A stretch of 39,058 nucleotides of DNA from an uncultured Chitinophaga sp. Lineage in GTDB: Bacteria > Bacteroidota > Bacteroidia > Chitinophagales > Chitinophagaceae. The notes under the pieces were generated by a model. The model was not told where the DNA came from. It saw nothing but the letters and a program-made list of their open reading frames with translations, and did no database searches. The position numbers were made by a program, and so were the translations under genes. This document shows positions 36,377-39,058 of the stretch, in pieces (the first letter of the stretch is position 1; every line of letters begins with the position of its first letter). Location: NCBI GenBank assembly GCA_964475505.1, contig CAYYXC010000001.1, forward strand, positions 22,071-61,128, read 5' to 3'.

Positions 36377-37735
36377 TTAGTTTTTAGGTTCAAATTTTTT
36401 GAGCAGAGGGCAGTCTTGAGCCGTTTGAGGGTCAAGCATCACATAATAAGTAGGAAGCCTTCCCTGTAACCATTTCTCAACGGTTCGTGCTTTCTTCTCC
36501 TCCAAGGCAAACTGTGAGATCTTGCTGTAATCATCGCTGAGGTTCATCCGATGAGGCATGCTGCGCGATTTGAGGTGCACAATGCGTACACCCTTTTTTC
36601 CTTGCTCACTTTCGTACTCCATCGGTTTAGAATATTCACCTACTTTCATTTTGTCGAGCAGACCAACCAGTCCCTTATCGAGTTGATCGATGGTAACGAA
36701 AGTAGATCCGTCCCGACCAGTCAGATAAGGTCCGGTGTATTTGGCAGACTCATCATCGCTGTATTTAGTTCCGGCCTCATTGAAAGTCAACTCCCCTTTG
36801 ATCACTTTAGCCCGAACAGAATCCAGTTTCACTTTAGCTGCATTGATCTCGTCCTCAGTAACGGGTGGAACGCGAAGGATGTGGCGTACCACTGCATCGT
36901 CGCCGTTGCGCTGCACCATTTGAATGATGTGATAGCCGAATTTGGATTTAACAGGAGGAGAGATCTCTCCCTCTTTCAAGCGGAAGGCAGTAGATAAGAA
37001 CACCGGATCCCAGGTCTTTTCATTACGATTCACCTGGTATTGTCCACCTCTGTCTTTACTGCCCGGATCTTCTGATACCCGCTTGGCCATTTGATCGAAT
37101 GTAACCACCTTCAACTCGATCTGCTTCTTGTAATTATTCATTTCCCCTACGATGTATTGTTCTACATCGCGAGAGGCCTTGGGATAAACGATGATCTGTC
37201 CGATTTCCAGTTCAGATTCATAGAAAGGCAAACTATCTTTTGGAATCCGATCGAAGTAGGCCTTGACCTCTACCGGGGTAATGCGGACATTCTCTACTAC
37301 TTTCCGTTGCATAGCCTGTGCTAACTTCTGCTCCTTCACCGATTCGCGCGCATCGTCCTTGATCTGATAGATCGTTTTTCCAGCCACTTCTTCAAGCGCT
37401 TCTTGGCTTCCAAACTGGTTGATATAATTACGGATACGGTTATCCAGATCTGCTTCCACCTCTTCATCGGTTACGGGCAAAGAATCTTTCATCGCCTGCA
37501 ACATCATCACTTTAGAAATGATCGCCTGCTCGGTCAATATACACTCCGCGTTATCCGGAACGGTCCCCCCCTGGCGAACGATGTCGGCCAATGAATTCTT
37601 TATATCTGATAACAGAATGATGCGATCGCCCACGATGGCGGATACTTTATCAGCCACTACTTTTTTTGGCTGTGCGTGTAAAACCAGGCTGCTAATCAGC
37701 AAGGTCAACAGTAATGGTAGCGAACGTTTACGCAT
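36377..37735 (-). CDS. surA: SurA-like periplasmic chaperone/PPIase
   Basis: Signal peptide from ATG 37735; VADKVSAIVGDRIILLSDI SurA N-terminus; SEDPGSKDRGG, PVKSKFGYHIIQ, YSDDES. Confidence 0.85.
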   Translation of the reverse strand: MRKRSLPLLLTLLISSLVLHAQPKKVVADKVSAIVGDRIILLSDIKNSLADIVRQGGTVPDNAECILTEQAIISKVMMLQAMKDSLPVTDEEVEADLDNRIRNYINQFGSQEALEEVAGKTIYQIKDDARESVKEQKLAQAMQRKVVENVRITPVEVKAYFDRIPKDSLPFYESELEIGQIIVYPKASRDVEQYIVGEMNNYKKQIELKVVTFDQMAKRVSEDPGSKDRGGQYQVNRNEKTWDPVFLSTAFRLKEGEISPPVKSKFGYHIIQMVQRNGDDAVVRHILRVPPVTEDEINAAKVKLDSVRAKVIKGELTFNEAGTKYSDDESAKYTGPYLTGRDGSTFVTIDQLDKGLVGLLDKMKVGEYSKPMEYESEQGKKGVRIVHLKSRSMPHRMNLSDDYSKISQFALEEKKARTVEKWLQGRLPTYYVMLDPQTAQDCPLLKKFEPKN

Positions 37736-37804
37736 AGTGTTCAAAACTAATGGGACCACGGTTTGTTCCGTCTTCCCTGCTTTCCATTTAACAAAACCTT
37801 TTTA

Positions 37805-39058
37805 TCAAAGCGTACGCTTCACTTCCTCCTGCTCGTATGCCTCTACTACATCGCCCACTTTGATATCGGTATAGTTCTTGATCGTCAATCCGCACTCCAT
37901 TCCCGTCGAAACATCTTTCACGTCGTCTTTGAAGCGCTTCAAGGATCCCAGTTCGGCCTGAGCACCTTCGGCGGTCGGATAGATCACAATACCGTCACGG
38001 ATCAGGCGCACTTTCGAATCGCGCTTGATCTTTCCGTCACGGACATAACATCCGGCAACCGTGGCCTTGTCGAACTTGAATACCTCGCGGATCTCCACGT
38101 TGGCAATGATCTTCTCCTGCACTTTGGGTTCCAACATTCCCTCCATGGCGCTCTTGACCTCTTCGATCGCGTTGTAGATGATCGAATACATCTTGATCTC
38201 GATGCCGGCATTTTCTGCCAGTTTGGAGGCCTGAAGTGAAGGACGCACATTGAATGCAATCACAATGGCATCGGAAGCCTCTGCCAATACGATATCGCTT
38301 TCGTTGATTTGTCCCACACCCTTGTGGATGACGCTGACCAAGATCTCTTGAGTAGAAAGCTTCTGCAATGAATCGCTGAGGGCTTCCACTGATCCGTCCA
38401 CGTCTCCTTTGATAATCACTTTCAACTCCTTGAAGCTTCCCAGTGCCAAGCGGCGACCGATCTCATCAAGGGTAATATGCTTCTTCGTACGAATGCCTTG
38501 CTCACGCAAAATCTGAGCACGGCGATTCGCGATCTCTTTGGCTTCTGCTTCGTCCTCATACACACGGAACTTTTCTCCAGCTTGCGGGGCACCATTCAAT
38601 CCCAATACTACTGCAGGCACAGACGGACCGGCTTGCGTTTCTTTCTTATTCCTTTCATTGAACATGGCCTTTACACGTCCGTAGTATTGACCACTCACGA
38701 TCAGATCACCGGGGTGCAGCGTTCCATTTTCCACCAAGAGCGTAGCCACAAACCCGCGACCCTTGTCGAGAGAGGCTTCAATGATGGTACCACTGGCTTC
38801 GCGATCGGGGTTTGCTTTGAGGTCCAGCAATTCCGCTTCCAGCAATATTTTCTCCAATAATTTATCGACGTTGAATCCTGACTTGGCAGCGATCTCCTGG
38901 TTCTGGAATTTACCACCCCACTCTTCTACGAGAATATTCATTTGAGAGAGTTGCTCGTAGATTTTTTGAGGATTGGCGCCGTCTTTATCGATCTTATTGA
39001 TAGCAAAGATCATGGGAACACCGGCGGCTTGTGCGTGGCTGATGGCCTCGCGTGTTTG
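37805..39058 (-). CDS. infB: Translation initiation factor IF-2 (C-terminal part; 5' end outside the window)
   Basis: [47 protein letters not shown]. The frame is open to the window edge. Confidence 0.97.
   Translation of the reverse strand, partial: QTREAISHAQAAGVPMIFAINKIDKDGANPQKIYEQLSQMNILVEEWGGKFQNQEIAAKSGFNVDKLLEKILLEAELLDLKANPDREASGTIIEASLDKGRGFVATLLVENGTLHPGDLIVSGQYYGRVKAMFNERNKKETQAGPSVPAVVLGLNGAPQAGEKFRVYEDEAEAKEIANRRAQILREQGIRTKKHITLDEIGRRLALGSFKELKVIIKGDVDGSVEALSDSLQKLSTQEILVSVIHKGVGQINESDIVLAEASDAIVIAFNVRPSLQASKLAENAGIEIKMYSIIYNAIEEVKSAMEGMLEPKVQEKIIANVEIREVFKFDKATVAGCYVRDGKIKRDSKVRLIRDGIVIYPTAEGAQAELGSLKRFKDDVKDVSTGMECGLTIKNYTDIKVGDVVEAYEQEEVKRTL

Noticed and set aside
2300-38945. 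Numerous 60-185 aa alternative-frame or antisense ORFs in the track
   Set aside because: They lie within well-supported genes and show no recognisable motifs, as expected for shadow ORFs.

Overview
Chromosomal segment from a Bacteroidota bacterium, probably Chitinophagaceae-like. This is inferred from the SusC/SusD pair, TAnnTTTG-type promoters, the MSDPIKHECG-type PurF and the general gene order. The left part holds the end of a paaZ/enoyl-CoA hydratase/alkA operon, then a complete beta-1,3-glucan (laminarin-type) polysaccharide utilisation locus (PUL). The PUL comprises SusC, SusD, two PKD lipoproteins (one with three tandem ~155-aa CBM-like domains), two GH16, one GH3 and a divergent beta-propeller/YYY/LuxR membrane regulator. 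The right part is mostly housekeeping genes: fabG, a GH3-auxin-family ligase, add, lptB, metF, two parvulin PPIases, a TlpA-like protein, rlmD, two rhomboids, adk, msrB, an aminotransferase, a glycosyltransferase, an EamA transporter, sixA, purF and partial infB. The most unusual signal is a family of intergenic elements built from inverted arrays of 7-bp tandem repeats, found at five sites. One site encloses a four-helix-bundle (23S-IVS-protein/Avd-like) gene that has no stop codon at the domain end and reads antisense into msrB. The other four are 'empty' and overlap neighbouring stop codons or promoters. Also found are an unannotated 43-aa CGCP lipoprotein, several probably leaderless genes and a candidate operator for the PUL regulator. 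No rRNA, tRNA, CRISPR array, transposase or reverse transcriptase was seen. All product calls come from motif recognition by eye, with no database searches.
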